Shown here: positions 28,700-38,342 of the stretch, one piece after another
Layout: each line of letters starts with the position of its first letter
How positions within the stretch are numbered: position 1 is the stretch's first letter
NCBI GenBank assembly: GCA_964444785.1
Contig: CAYUII010000008.1
Span: forward strand, 44,776-108,775
Direction: 5' to 3'
DNA from: an uncultured Bacteroidales bacterium
GTDB taxonomy: Bacteria > Bacteroidota > Bacteroidia > Bacteroidales > TTA-H9
Length of the DNA stretch: 64,000 nucleotides
Made by a program: the position numbers and the translations under genes
Notes under the pieces: generated by a model
Told to the model about the DNA's origin: nothing
What the model saw: the letters and a program-made list of their open reading frames with translations, nothing else
The model's database searches: none

Positions 28700-30964
28700 T
28701 TACTTGTCTTGTTTACCTATTAGATTCAAAGCGCTACCGGCTTTAAACCATTCTATCTGATTTTCATTATAGGTGTGATTTACAAGGAAACGATCTGTTG
28801 TTCCATTGGTGTGGTGTAGAACCATGGTTAAGGCTACTCCTGGTTTCATCTCCATTAAACCGAGGATATCAATGAGGTCGTCTTCTTTGATCTTATTGTA
28901 ATCGTCTTTATTAGCGAAGGTTAGAGCCAACATGCCTTGTTTTTTCAAATTGGTTTCGTGAATTCTGGCAAATGATCTTACTAAGACTACCTTAACGCCA
29001 AGAAATCTTGGCTCCATCGCAGCATGCTCACGAGAGCTTCCTTCGCCGTAATTCTCGTCTCCAACAATGAGGGTATCAAACCCATTTTGCTTGTAAATTC
29101 GAGCGCTTTCTGGAACCGGGAAATATTCCCCTTTAATCAGGTTCATGACAGCGTTTGTTTTCTGATTAAAGGCATTAGTAGCACCGATGAGGAGGTTGTT
29201 GGAGATGTTTTCAAGATGGCCTCTGTATCTTAACCAGGGACCAGCCATTGAGATATGGTCGGTTGTACATTTGCCGGCTGCTTTTATTAGTAGGCGTAAT
29301 CCTATGAGATCACCACCTGACCAGGGTTTGAAGGGTTCTAGAAGTTGCAGTCTTTCAGAAGCAGGGTCGACCATTACCTTGATTGCGGAGCCATCTTCTG
29401 CGGGGGCTTGGTAGCCTCTGTCTTCCACCTCGAATCCTTTTTGAGGAAGTTGTGGTCCGGTGGGTTCGGGCAATTTAACCTGTTCCCCATTCGCACCGGT
29501 TAGGGTATCGGTGATCGGGTTAAAGGTCAGGCTGCCTGCAATAGAGAAGGCGGTTACAATTTCGGGAGAGGCTACAAAGCCGTGAGTGTTGGGGTTGCCA
29601 TCGTTTCTTTTGGCGAAGTTTCTGTTAAAGGAGGTCATAATGCTATTAGGTTCTTGCTTTTCTGCACCATGCCTTGCCCATTGTCCGATGCATGGTCCGC
29701 AAGCATTAGCCAAAACCACCCCTCCAACTTTATCGAAGATCTCCAATAAGCCATCTCGTTCTACCGTATATCTTACTAACTCACTTCCAGGAGTTATGGT
29801 TAGTTCTGATTTTGCCTTTAATCCGACTTCAAGTGCGGCTTTTGCCACCGAGGCGGCACGACTGATATCCTCATAAGAGGAGTTGGTACATGAACCAATG
29901 AGTCCGGCGCTTAACACTGCTGGCCATTTGTTTTTCTTAACCTCTTCGGCAAATTTTGAGAGAGGGGTAGCTAAGTCAGGAGTAAATGGGCCATTGATGT
30001 GAGGTTCGAGCTCGGAGAGGTTAATCTCGATGAGTTGATCGAAATATTTCTCTGGATCTGCATAAACTTCATCGTCACCTGTGAGATGGATACTGATCTG
30101 ATTGGCTAGCTCGGCAACTTCGGCACGATTAGTTGTTTTCAGATATTCAGCCATACTGTTGTCATAGCCAAAGAGGGAGGTCGTAGCACCTATCTCAGCA
30201 CCCATGTTACAGATGGTTCCTTTTCCGGTAGCTGATAGTGATTTGGCTCCTTCACCAAAGTATTCTAGAATAGCGCCGGTTCCTCCTTTTACGGTTAAGA
30301 TACCAGCAACCTTGAGAATCACATCTTTTGCGGAAGTCCATCCGTTAAGTCGCCCGGTTAGCTTTACGCCGATAAGTTTGGGGAACTTAAGCTCCCAAGG
30401 CATTCCGGCCATAACATCTACCGCATCAGCTCCTCCAACCCCAATAGCGACCATTCCGAGTCCACCCGCATTGACAGTATGGCTATCTGTCCCGATCATC
30501 ATCCCACCAGGGAAAGCATAGTTCTCAAGTATAACCTGGTGAATAATCCCAGCACCCGGTTTCCAGAAACCGATACCATATTTATTAGATACTGAAGAGA
30601 GAAAGTCATAGACCTCTCGGTTGGTGTCGAAGGCCGTTTTTAAATCTTCTGAAGCCCCAACTTTAGCCTGAATAAGGTGGTCGCAGTGAACGGTTGAGGG
30701 AACAGCAACTCTTTTCTTTCCCGCACTCATAAATTGTAGTAGCGCCATCTGAGCTGTTGCATCTTGCATAGCTACTCTGTCGGGTCTGAAATCAACATAG
30801 TCTACTCCTTTTGCAAATGACTTTAATGGCATCTCAGGATCAAGATGTGCATAAAGGATTTTTTCTGTTAGAGTAAGAGGTTTCCCGGTTACTTCTCTAG
30901 CTTGTTTGATTTTTTCAGGTAAGCTCCGGTAAATATTCCGGATCATCTCAATATCGAAGATCAT
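28700..30964 (-). CDS. aconitate hydratase (about 750-aa, mitochondrial-type aconitase)
   Basis: The Fe-S ligand motifs IGTDSHT, GSCTNSS and [11 protein letters not shown] are present, with a swivel domain at the C-terminus. Confidence 0.92.
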   Translation of the reverse strand: MIFDIEMIRNIYRSLPEKIKQAREVTGKPLTLTEKILYAHLDPEMPLKSFAKGVDYVDFRPDRVAMQDATAQMALLQFMSAGKKRVAVPSTVHCDHLIQAKVGASEDLKTAFDTNREVYDFLSSVSNKYGIGFWKPGAGIIHQVILENYAFPGGMMIGTDSHTVNAGGLGMVAIGVGGADAVDVMAGMPWELKFPKLIGVKLTGRLNGWTSAKDVILKVAGILTVKGGTGAILEYFGEGAKSLSATGKGTICNMGAEIGATTSLFGYDNSMAEYLKTTNRAEVAELANQISIHLTGDDEVYADPEKYFDQLIEINLSELEPHINGPFTPDLATPLSKFAEEVKKNKWPAVLSAGLIGSCTNSSYEDISRAASVAKAALEVGLKAKSELTITPGSELVRYTVERDGLLEIFDKVGGVVLANACGPCIGQWARHGAEKQEPNSIMTSFNRNFAKRNDGNPNTHGFVASPEIVTAFSIAGSLTFNPITDTLTGANGEQVKLPEPTGPQLPQKGFEVEDRGYQAPAEDGSAIKVMVDPASERLQLLEPFKPWSGGDLIGLRLLIKAAGKCTTDHISMAGPWLRYRGHLENISNNLLIGATNAFNQKTNAVMNLIKGEYFPVPESARIYKQNGFDTLIVGDENYGEGSSREHAAMEPRFLGVKVVLVRSFARIHETNLKKQGMLALTFANKDDYNKIKEDDLIDILGLMEMKPGVALTMVLHHTNGTTDRFLVNHTYNENQIEWFKAGSALNLIGKQDK

Positions 30965-31093
30965 ATGTGTTGTTTATTTGTTTCCTGACCAACTCCCGGC
31001 CAATCGGGTGACATTTAATGCTTAAAACAAATGAATGGCAAAGTTGTTTAGCTCCTCTTTTAAGAATAACCTGAATATCTCTTTTGTAGCATA

Positions 31094-31247
31094 CCTCTTC
31101 GCTCCCTCTCCATATCTTCTTCGCTTCTTCTCTATACTATTGTTAGAATGTAAATATGAAATCAATGAGTAACAACATGGCTTCATCTCTTTTCGAGGTC
31201 ATTTTTTCGTTCAAATAGGGACCATGTATGGAGAGGAAGCGAAGAGG
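31094..31247 (+). repeat. inverted-repeat element copy 2 (22-nt terminal arms enclosing 110 bp)
   Basis: CCTCTTCGCTCCCTCTCCATAT (31094-31115) faces GTATGGAGAGGAAGCGAAGAGG (31226-31247), giving 20 WC pairs, 1 T:G and 1 mismatch. CTTCGCT lies at 31097 and 31119 (22-bp spacing). Confidence 0.85.
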
Positions 31248-31250
31248 ATG

Positions 31251-31358
31251 GGTTTTTGGCGGCTAGCGGTTAGCTTCTGGCTTTTGGCGGCTAGCTTCTG
31301 GCCAGCTGCCAGCCGCCAGAAGCCAGAAGCCAGAAGCCAGTAGCCAGAAGCCAGAAGC
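31251..31358. repeat. about 100-nt GC-rich hairpin whose 3' arm is a (GCCAGAA)6 heptamer tandem repeat, directly 3' of the PKD-like lipoprotein gene
   Basis: nt 31273-31292 pair with 31311-31330 (20 bp, one T:G) around an 18-nt loop containing CAGCTG. Imperfect pairing extends to about 31251/31352. The six heptamer units span 31315-31356, with one GCCAGTA variant. TTTTGGCGGCTAGC is duplicated at 31254 and 31282. Confidence 0.85.
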
Positions 31359-31360
31359 TT

Positions 31361-31744
31361 TTACTTTCCCAGTGCTGGAATCTGAATAGTCTGGCTAGTG
31401 TAATTATCCTTCTTAGAGGCAGTGTCAGTAGCCTTCAGGTTTATGAGATAGGATGCGGGTTGAGAAAGCTTGGGGTAATAAAATGTGGGGTTGACCTCTT
31501 GGCTTTGACTGTTATTGTATCCAAATTTCCAGAGGTATTTTTGGGCTCTTAGACTTGTGTTGGTAAAGACCACTTTCACCTGATTATTCATGTTAATAGC
31601 TTGGTAAGAAAAACCCGCAATGGGGTCGAAAAGGGTCTCAAGATTTTTGTTCCCTTCATCTTTATCTTTAGAGCAGGAGAAAAAGGGAGAAATGAGCAGT
31701 AAAGCTAGGAGAAGAATAATTGGTTTTTGAATTAACTTATTCAT
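31361..31744 (-). CDS. small PKD-domain-like lipoprotein
   Basis: MNKLIQKPIILLLALLLISPFFSC is a lipobox signal. The body has a PKD-like pattern (VVFTNTSLRAQKYLWKFGYNNSQSQEVNPTFYY...YLINLKATD). The track start at 31834 is unlikely. Confidence 0.55.
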   Translation of the reverse strand: MNKLIQKPIILLLALLLISPFFSCSKDKDEGNKNLETLFDPIAGFSYQAINMNNQVKVVFTNTSLRAQKYLWKFGYNNSQSQEVNPTFYYPKLSQPASYLINLKATDTASKKDNYTSQTIQIPALGK

Positions 31745-31818
31745 GGATATTATAATTAGAAAGATAATGCGATATAGCCGCCGTTTCGGCAAAAATAGAT
31801 AAATTGGGAGAATAGCAT

Positions 31819-31826
31819 TACCTTTG
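31819..31826 (+). promoter_or_regulatory. candidate -7 promoter box for the uvrD/pcrA-like helicase gene
   Basis: TACCTTTG matches TAnnTTTG, 24 nt upstream of GTG 31850. Confidence 0.35.
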
Positions 31827-31849
31827 TTTAGCATATATTTATAGAGTAA

Positions 31850-34180
31850 GTGAAAGAAATTCTTGATCAGTTGAATCCGGTACAGCGGCAGGCGGTATTG
31901 GAAACAGAGGGGCCGGTAATGGTAATAGCAGGAGCAGGGTCAGGCAAGACGCGGGTGCTGACTTATAGAGTAGCTCATTTGCTGAACAAGGGGGTTGATC
32001 CGTTCAATATCCTGGCTTTGACTTTTACCAATAAAGCCGCACGTGAGATGCGTGAACGTATTGTTACACTGGTTGGAAGTCGTGAGGCGGCCAATGTCTC
32101 TATGGGTACCTTCCATAGTATATTTGCTCGCGTATTGAGGGTGGAGTGTCATAGAATGGGTTTCCCCAATAACTTTACCATTTATGATACCGATGACTCT
32201 AAGCGCTTGATTAAACAGATCGTTCAGGAGAAGAATCTCGACCCTAAACTTTATGCGCCAAATATTGTACTAGGGAGAATCTCATCGGCCAAATCAAATC
32301 TTATCTCGGCGGCTGAATATAATAATAATGCTGAGTTTACCGGAAATGACCGGCAATTTAATCGCCCTGAGATCGGCAATATCTATACAGCCTATCAAAT
32401 GAGACTCCTTACAGCTCAGAGCATGGATTTCGATGATATCCTGTTTTATATGAGTATCCTATTGCGCGACTTTCCGGAAGCCTTGATAAAATACCAGCAT
32501 CGGTTTAAATATATCATGGTAGATGAGTATCAAGATACCAACCATGCTCAATATTGGATTATCAAAAAGTTGGCTGCCAATAATGAAAATCTATGTGTAG
32601 TGGGCGATGATGCTCAGAGTATTTATGCTTTCCGTGGAGCCAATATTCACAATATTTTGAATTTTAAGCGAGATTACCCTGACTATAAGTTGATTAAACT
32701 TGAACAGAACTATCGTTCGACTCAAGTTATAGTCAATGCAGCTAATAGTATCATCGCCAAGAATAAGGAGCAGATCCATAAGAATGTCTGGACCTCAAAT
32801 GAGGATGGGGAGAAGATAGTTGTCTTAAGGGCACCTACCGATAATGAAGAGGGGATGATGGTGGCACGATCGATATTTGAGTTAAAGATGTCGTTCCAAC
32901 TTCCTGCAAAAGATTTTGCCATACTCTATAGAACCAATGCACAGTCGCGAGCTTTGGAGGAGGCATTACGAAAGCTAAATATCCCTTATCGGATTTATGG
33001 GGGGCTCTCTTTTTATCGTCGCAAGGAGATAAAAGATATTCTGGCTTATTTCAGGTTGGTCATTAATAACTATGATGAGGATGCCCTTCGCAGGTGTATT
33101 AACTATCCGGCAAGAGGAATAGGAGATAGCTCTATAGAAAAAGCTATTGTTAAGGCCGCAGAACTCGGGGTTCCGTTATGGGAAGTCATCGCTAGTCCGG
33201 TAGCAGCCGGATTGGATATTAGAAGTAATATCGCCACCACGATGATGAATTTTGCCTATATGATTAAATCATATTCGGTTCAATTGGATAAGGCGGATGC
33301 CTATGAACTTGCTAGGCAGATCACCAATTCATCTGGAATACAGCGAGATCTTCAGGAGGATCAGACCCCTGAGGGTGTTAGCCGATTAGAGAACATCGAG
33401 GAGTTGTTAAATGCTATTAAAGATTTTACGGAGCGTGAGGTTCCATTAACCGGGGTAGAGACAGAGGGTGACAAGCAGCGGACGTTAGATGTTTTTCTTC
33501 AGGACATTGTTTTATTGACCGATGCAGATGAGGATGAAGACGATAAGGAGGCTGATAAAGTGACTATGATGACCATCCATGCCGCTAAAGGATTGGAGTT
33601 TCCGATTGTTTATATTGTTGGTATGGAAGAGAATCTATTCCCAAATATTCAGGCTCTCAATTCAAGAGCAGATCTGGAGGAGGAGCGAAGGCTGTTTTAT
33701 GTTGCGCTAACTCGCGCAGAGAAGCGGGCTTTTCTTACCTTTGCAGAGACCAGATACCGACATGGCACTCCAAGTTTTAGTGAGCAGAGTCGATTTATCT
33801 CAGATATAGATGAGAATTATCTGGAGATTCCACATCAAAGAAAACGTTTTGCAAACCCACACGGGTTTGACTCACCGGAGCTAAAAAGTACGACTCGTCA
33901 ACTGACTAGTTTCGTTTATAAAGAGAAACCTACTCCTAAGAAACTCGAGCAAAAGGCTCCTCCTTCGCCTCCTCCTCCAAAACAGGAGGCCTTCTCTGTC
34001 GGTACAGAGATTGATTTTTTACAGTTGAAGGAGGGGTTTAAGGTGGTGCATGAACGATTCGGGTTTGGAATGATACTGAAAATTGAAGGTGTTGGCCCTA
34101 ATATGAAAGCAACTGTTGACTTTGAAAATCATGGACATAAACAACTTTTGCTTAAGTTTGCTAAACTGAAGTTAGGTTAG
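31850..34180 (+). CDS. ATP-dependent DNA helicase, UvrD/PcrA/Rep family
   Basis: It has Walker A AGAGSGKTRVLT, motif II MVDEYQDTN, VGDDAQSIYAFRGA and late TIHAAKGLEF / YVALTRA motifs. The start codon is GTG. Confidence 0.9.
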   Translation: MKEILDQLNPVQRQAVLETEGPVMVIAGAGSGKTRVLTYRVAHLLNKGVDPFNILALTFTNKAAREMRERIVTLVGSREAANVSMGTFHSIFARVLRVECHRMGFPNNFTIYDTDDSKRLIKQIVQEKNLDPKLYAPNIVLGRISSAKSNLISAAEYNNNAEFTGNDRQFNRPEIGNIYTAYQMRLLTAQSMDFDDILFYMSILLRDFPEALIKYQHRFKYIMVDEYQDTNHAQYWIIKKLAANNENLCVVGDDAQSIYAFRGANIHNILNFKRDYPDYKLIKLEQNYRSTQVIVNAANSIIAKNKEQIHKNVWTSNEDGEKIVVLRAPTDNEEGMMVARSIFELKMSFQLPAKDFAILYRTNAQSRALEEALRKLNIPYRIYGGLSFYRRKEIKDILAYFRLVINNYDEDALRRCINYPARGIGDSSIEKAIVKAAELGVPLWEVIASPVAAGLDIRSNIATTMMNFAYMIKSYSVQLDKADAYELARQITNSSGIQRDLQEDQTPEGVSRLENIEELLNAIKDFTEREVPLTGVETEGDKQRTLDVFLQDIVLLTDADEDEDDKEADKVTMMTIHAAKGLEFPIVYIVGMEENLFPNIQALNSRADLEEERRLFYVALTRAEKRAFLTFAETRYRHGTPSFSEQSRFISDIDENYLEIPHQRKRFANPHGFDSPELKSTTRQLTSFVYKEKPTPKKLEQKAPPSPPPPKQEAFSVGTEIDFLQLKEGFKVVHERFGFGMILKIEGVGPNMKATVDFENHGHKQLLLKFAKLKLG

Positions 34181-34229
34181 TTGCATTTAGGAACAAAGAA
34201 TATATAAATAGAATCATAATACTATAATC

Positions 34230-34850
34230 ATGGATTATAATACTACCCGAGAGCCATTGGTGCTTCCTGAATATGGAAGAATAATGCAGGCAATGGTTGA
34301 TCAGATATGTGAGATCGAGGACAGAGAGTTTCGCACAAAGGCAGCTAAGAGCTTGGTAAATGTGATGTCAATGATGAACCCTTCGCAGAAGGATTTTTCA
34401 GATTTTAAGCGCAAACTCTGGGATCATCTTTATATCATTTCAGATTTCAAGTTAGATGTGGATGCTCCGTATCCTGCTCCCTCAATGGATATTGTAAAGC
34501 CTAAACCCGGTCCTGTTAGTTATGCTGGTCATTATATCAGGTATCGCCACTATGGCAAACTCATTCAAGATATGGTTCTAAAGATTGCGGAAATGGAAGA
34601 GGGTGCTGAAAGAGATGAATTGATCTTCCTTGTCTCTAACTATATGAAGGCCTCGTATCTAGCATGGAATCGGGATACCGTAAGTGATGATTTGATCATG
34701 GGACAGTTAGATGACCTCTCTATGGGAAAGGTTCAGTTGCCTGAGGATATGCAATTGTTAGACTCTGGTGATCTGCTTTTACCTAAACCACAGACCCAGC
34801 GCCAAAATAACCAGGGAAAGAAAAAGAATAATAAGCGTCGTCGTAAATAG
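34230..34850 (+). CDS. DUF4290-family protein
   Basis: MDYNTTREPLVLPEYGR... with a basic C-terminal tail. Its position immediately upstream of murA is the usual Bacteroidota arrangement for this family, as far as I recall. Confidence 0.6.
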   Translation: MDYNTTREPLVLPEYGRIMQAMVDQICEIEDREFRTKAAKSLVNVMSMMNPSQKDFSDFKRKLWDHLYIISDFKLDVDAPYPAPSMDIVKPKPGPVSYAGHYIRYRHYGKLIQDMVLKIAEMEEGAERDELIFLVSNYMKASYLAWNRDTVSDDLIMGQLDDLSMGKVQLPEDMQLLDSGDLLLPKPQTQRQNNQGKKKNNKRRRK

Positions 34851-34858
34851 GAACCGTT

Positions 34859-36166
34859 ATGGCTTCATTCAGGATTATTGGTGGAAAGGAGCTGAGAGGA
34901 GAGATTACACCTCAAGGGGCAAAAAATGAGGCCCTTCAGGTGCTTTCAGCTGTATTGTTAACTGAAGAGACTGTTGTAATCGAGAACTTACCTGATATTC
35001 GTGACGTAAACAGGCTCATTGAGGTTTTGCAAGGCTTGGGCGTTAGTGCGGTCAATCAGGGCAATGGTACCTGGGCCTTCAATGCTGCCAGTGTGACTCC
35101 TGATGCCATGCGCAGTGACTCTTTTAAAGAAAAATCGGCTACCATTCGTGGCTCTATCATGTTGTTAGGACCCATGTTAGCACGTTTCGGCAAAGGGTAC
35201 CTTCCTCGCCCCGGTGGCGATAAGATTGGTAGAAGAAGACTAGATACCCATGTTATCGGACTGCAGGCATTAGGAGCCTCTTTTGATGAAGAGGAGACTA
35301 AAGATGGGGTTTATAAGGTGATGGCTGATGAGTTGAAGGGTTGTTATATGCTTCTTGATGAGGCTTCTGTTACCGGAACAGCGAACATCTTAATGGCTGC
35401 TGTCTTGGCAAAAGGAAAGACAACAATATTCAACGCTGCTTGTGAGCCTTACTTAAAACAGCTCTGTCAGATGCTGGTCAAGATGGGGGCGAAAATTGAT
35501 GGTATTGGTTCGAATCTCCTACAAATTGAAGGTGTTGATAGATTAACCGGCTGTTCTCATCGATTATTGCCCGATATGATTGAGGTTGGTAGTTTTATCG
35601 GTATGGCAGCTATGACCGCCTCTGAAATCACTATCAAGAATACAGGCTACGATGATCTGGGAATGATACCTCTAGTGTTTAAACGCTTGGGTATTCCAAT
35701 TGAACGTAAAGGAGATGATATCTTTGTTCCTGCTTGTTCAAACTATATGGTAGAGACCTATATGGATGGAGGTATTCTTACCATTGCCGATGCTCCTTGG
35801 CCAGGTTTTACTCCTGACTTAATAAGTATTGCCTTAGTGACCGCTATTCAGGCTAAGGGTAGTGTCTTAATTCATCAAAAGATGTTTGAAAGCAGACTAT
35901 TCTTCGTTGATAAGTTAATTGATATGGGGGCTCGTATTATCCTGTGTGATCCCCATAGGGCTACCGTAATTGGTATGAACAGGCAAAATAGGTTGAGGGG
36001 TATTAGAATGAGCTCTCCAGATATTAGAGCCGGAGTAGCCTTGCTTATTGCTGCTCTATCTGCAGATGGAGTGAGTATCATTGATAATATTGAACAGATT
36101 GACCGAGGCTATCAAAATATTGATGTGCGGTTACGTCAGTTAGGGGCTTCCATAGAGCGTATCTAA
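34859..36166 (+). CDS. murA: UDP-N-acetylglucosamine 1-carboxyvinyltransferase
   Basis: GAKNEALQVLSA is near the N-terminus. The active-site loop is LPRPGGDKIGRRRLDTH, with Asp where E. coli has Cys115. The C-terminus is IDRGYQNIDVRLRQLGA. Confidence 0.92.
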   Translation: MASFRIIGGKELRGEITPQGAKNEALQVLSAVLLTEETVVIENLPDIRDVNRLIEVLQGLGVSAVNQGNGTWAFNAASVTPDAMRSDSFKEKSATIRGSIMLLGPMLARFGKGYLPRPGGDKIGRRRLDTHVIGLQALGASFDEEETKDGVYKVMADELKGCYMLLDEASVTGTANILMAAVLAKGKTTIFNAACEPYLKQLCQMLVKMGAKIDGIGSNLLQIEGVDRLTGCSHRLLPDMIEVGSFIGMAAMTASEITIKNTGYDDLGMIPLVFKRLGIPIERKGDDIFVPACSNYMVETYMDGGILTIADAPWPGFTPDLISIALVTAIQAKGSVLIHQKMFESRLFFVDKLIDMGARIILCDPHRATVIGMNRQNRLRGIRMSSPDIRAGVALLIAALSADGVSIIDNIEQIDRGYQNIDVRLRQLGASIERI

Positions 36167-36268
36167 GGTCCTTATATAAGAGGATTAACGGCAATAAGTC
36201 TTTGATTTATTGGCTTAGATACCTCGACCTGACTTATATCCTTTGTTTTACGTTAATCGTTAAAAAAC

Positions 36269-36316
36269 TGACAGATTGTCGCAATGATGTCTGTGGCAAA
36301 GTTTTTGCCTATGACA
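36269..36316 (+). promoter_or_regulatory. TGACA/TGTC palindromic motifs upstream of grpE-dnaJ (candidate operator)
   Basis: TGACAGATTGTC lies at 36269-36280. The imperfect palindrome TGTCTGTGGCAAA-GTT-TTTGCCTATGACA lies at 36288-36316. TTGTCGCAATGAT resembles TTGTCAAAATGAC upstream of clpB. Confidence 0.3.
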
Positions 36317-36384
36317 GGAATAATTTTTATAAGTTAGAAAAAAAAGCTGTTTAACTTTTATAAGAGATTGATATACTGAGAAAA

Positions 36385-37104
36385 ATGGAAAATAACGAAG
36401 GAAAGATCAATAGTACTAGTGAGGAGAATGTTGATTTGTCAGCAAATGCTAACAGCTCAGAAGGGTCTGCTGATGTAAATGTGTCAGCAGAGGATGAGCC
36501 AAAAGAAGAGACTATTGAGGGGTCTGACTCGAATGAAGCTGCAAAAGATGGCTCCAATGCTAATGGAAGCCCCAAAAAGAAGAAGGGGTTTTTTAGTAGC
36601 ATGATGGGTGATAAAGGATCATCAACAGCAGGTACTGAAGATGCTAAGATCAGAGAAGAGATGGAGGCTCTACAGTCTAAGTTAGCTGAATCACAGGATA
36701 AATATATTCGTCTTTTTTCAGAATTCGATAACTATAAAAAACGCACTTCTCGTGAGAGAGTAGAGTTGATAAAGACTGCTGCATCTGATGTTGTATCAGA
36801 GTTATTGCCGGTAGTTGATGATTTTGAGCGTGCTTTAGCCTCTTTCCCAGCTGATCAGGAACCTGATGCAATAAGGTTAGGTGTAGAATTGGTTTACACA
36901 AAGTTAAAAGGGATACTTGAAAAACAGGGATTGAAGGAGATTGAAGCAATGGGCGCTCCTTTTGATACGGATTACCATGAAGCATTAACCAATATCCCTT
37001 CGCCTGATGAGAGTATGAAGGGTAAGGTTTTAGATGTTATTCAGAAAGGTTACATGTTAAATGATAAGGTTATTCGTTTTGCCCGTGTAGTAGTGGGAAA
37101 CTAA
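36385..37104 (+). CDS. grpE: nucleotide exchange factor GrpE (with about 90-aa low-complexity acidic N-terminal extension)
   Basis: YIRLFSEFDNYKKRTSRE...LPVVDDFERAL...VIQKGYMLNDKVIRFARVVV is present. The gene lies upstream of dnaJ. Confidence 0.9.
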   Translation: MENNEGKINSTSEENVDLSANANSSEGSADVNVSAEDEPKEETIEGSDSNEAAKDGSNANGSPKKKKGFFSSMMGDKGSSTAGTEDAKIREEMEALQSKLAESQDKYIRLFSEFDNYKKRTSRERVELIKTAASDVVSELLPVVDDFERALASFPADQEPDAIRLGVELVYTKLKGILEKQGLKEIEAMGAPFDTDYHEALTNIPSPDESMKGKVLDVIQKGYMLNDKVIRFARVVVGN

Positions 37105-37134
37105 TGAACCTTTGAAATTTAGAAAAGCTTAAAA

Positions 37135-38286
37135 ATGGCTAAAAGAGATTATTATGAAGTTCTTGAGGTTTCACGCAATGCCAGTGATACCGAAATAAAG
37201 AAGGCCTACCGTCAAAAGGCTATCCAGTTTCATCCTGATAAAAATCCGGGCGATCATACTGCGGAAGAGAAGTTCAAAGAGGCTGCAGAGGCGTATGAGG
37301 TCTTAAGTGATCCGGAAAAACGTAAAAGATATGATCAGTTTGGTCATGCCGGGGTGAATGGCCAAGGTGGAGGAGGCTTTGGTGGCGGAATGTCCATGGA
37401 GGATATCTTCTCTAACTTCGGTGATATTTTCGGCTCTGCCTTTGGTGGAGCTTTCGGTGGTTTTGGTGGGCAATCGAGTGGCGGTCGTAGAGTAAATAAA
37501 GGCTCTAACCTGAGAATAAAGGTCAGTCTTACTCTTGAAGATATCGCAAAAGGAACTCATAAGAAAATCAAGGTAACTAAATATGTGCCTTGCGATAGCT
37601 GTGGTGGAACCGGAGCGAAAAATAGTTCTTCTTACCATACTTGTAGTACTTGCAACGGCCAAGGTCAGGTTCGTCGGGTAACTAATACCTTCCTTGGTCA
37701 AATGCAGACTACCACCACTTGCCCAACTTGTGGCGGAGAGGGCAAAATAATCACAGAGAAGTGTACCGCATGCCATGGCGATGGAATCCTTAAAGGCGAG
37801 GAAATCGTTGATATTAACATCCCGGCCGGTGTAACAGAAGGAATGGTTATGACCATGTCGGGTAAAGGAAATGCTGCCGCACGCGGTGGCATCCCTGGTG
37901 ATCTTCTAATTCAGGTTGATGAGATCCCTCATCCTGACCTGCAACGTGACGGTATTAACTTACTCTATGAGCATTATATAAGCTTACCTGAGGCTGCTCT
38001 CGGGACCACTATTGAGATACCCACCGTGGAGGGTAAAGCAAAGGTTAAAATCGAGCCCGGAACACAAGGAGGAAAGGTTCTTCGCCTAAGAGGGAAAGGG
38101 CTACCTGAGGTTAATGGCTACAATAAAGGCGACTTACTGGTAAATGTTAACGTATGGACCCCACGAAGCCTCACTTCTGAAGAGAAAAAGATTCTCGAGA
38201 AACTGGCCGAGTCACCTAACTTCAAACCCAGTCCGACGAAACGTGATAAGTCTTTCTTTGATAGAATGAAAGAATATTTCGGATAG
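37135..38286 (+). CDS. dnaJ: molecular chaperone DnaJ
   Basis: It has a J-domain with HPDKNPGD, a G/F-rich region and four CxxCxGxG zinc motifs. Confidence 0.95.
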   Translation: MAKRDYYEVLEVSRNASDTEIKKAYRQKAIQFHPDKNPGDHTAEEKFKEAAEAYEVLSDPEKRKRYDQFGHAGVNGQGGGGFGGGMSMEDIFSNFGDIFGSAFGGAFGGFGGQSSGGRRVNKGSNLRIKVSLTLEDIAKGTHKKIKVTKYVPCDSCGGTGAKNSSSYHTCSTCNGQGQVRRVTNTFLGQMQTTTTCPTCGGEGKIITEKCTACHGDGILKGEEIVDINIPAGVTEGMVMTMSGKGNAAARGGIPGDLLIQVDEIPHPDLQRDGINLLYEHYISLPEAALGTTIEIPTVEGKAKVKIEPGTQGGKVLRLRGKGLPEVNGYNKGDLLVNVNVWTPRSLTSEEKKILEKLAESPNFKPSPTKRDKSFFDRMKEYFG

Positions 38287-38293
38287 AAAGTTT

Positions 38294-38324
38294 AATCCCT
38301 GGTGGTCATCAGGGATTTGTTTTG
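38294..38324 (+). terminator. terminator after dnaJ
   Basis: An 8-bp stem AATCCCTG / CAGGGATT has an 8-nt loop and a TGTTTTG tail. Confidence 0.65.
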
Positions 38325-38342
38325 TAATCAAAGCTAGCAACT

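Noticed and set aside
29024-30521. Several plus-strand ORFs of 69-105 aa (29024-29233, 29187-29414, 29586-29876 and 30204-30521) inside the aconitase gene
   Set aside because: They are antisense to a confidently identified, motif-rich 754-aa aconitase. Their products are low-complexity (S/P/A-rich) with no motifs, the typical shadow-ORF pattern. The same reasoning applies to antisense ORFs inside ugd (15534-15899), UXS, feoAB, secDF, GH92, C69, topB and clpB.
31156-31218. 20-codon ORF (MKSMSNNMASSLFEVIFSFK) inside repeat element copy 2
   Set aside because: It is too short and featureless to support, and there is no equivalent ORF in copies 1 or 3.
31248-31343. 31-codon ORF (MGFWRLAVSFWLLAASFWPAASRQKPEARSQ) running through the heptamer hairpin. 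It has a hydrophobic N-half and a charged tail, superficially like a type I toxin peptide.
   Set aside because: Its composition is a direct by-product of translating the GCTTCTGGC/GCCAGAA repeats. The only purine-rich stretch abuts the ATG with no spacing. There is no independent evidence of a promoter or antisense partner. It would only be worth revisiting if ribosome profiling shows occupancy.
36167-36384. Search for a CIRCE/HrcA operator upstream of grpE-dnaJ (and of clpB at 61471-61684)
   Set aside because: No TTAGCACTC-N9-GAGTGCTAA-like inverted repeat is present at either locus.
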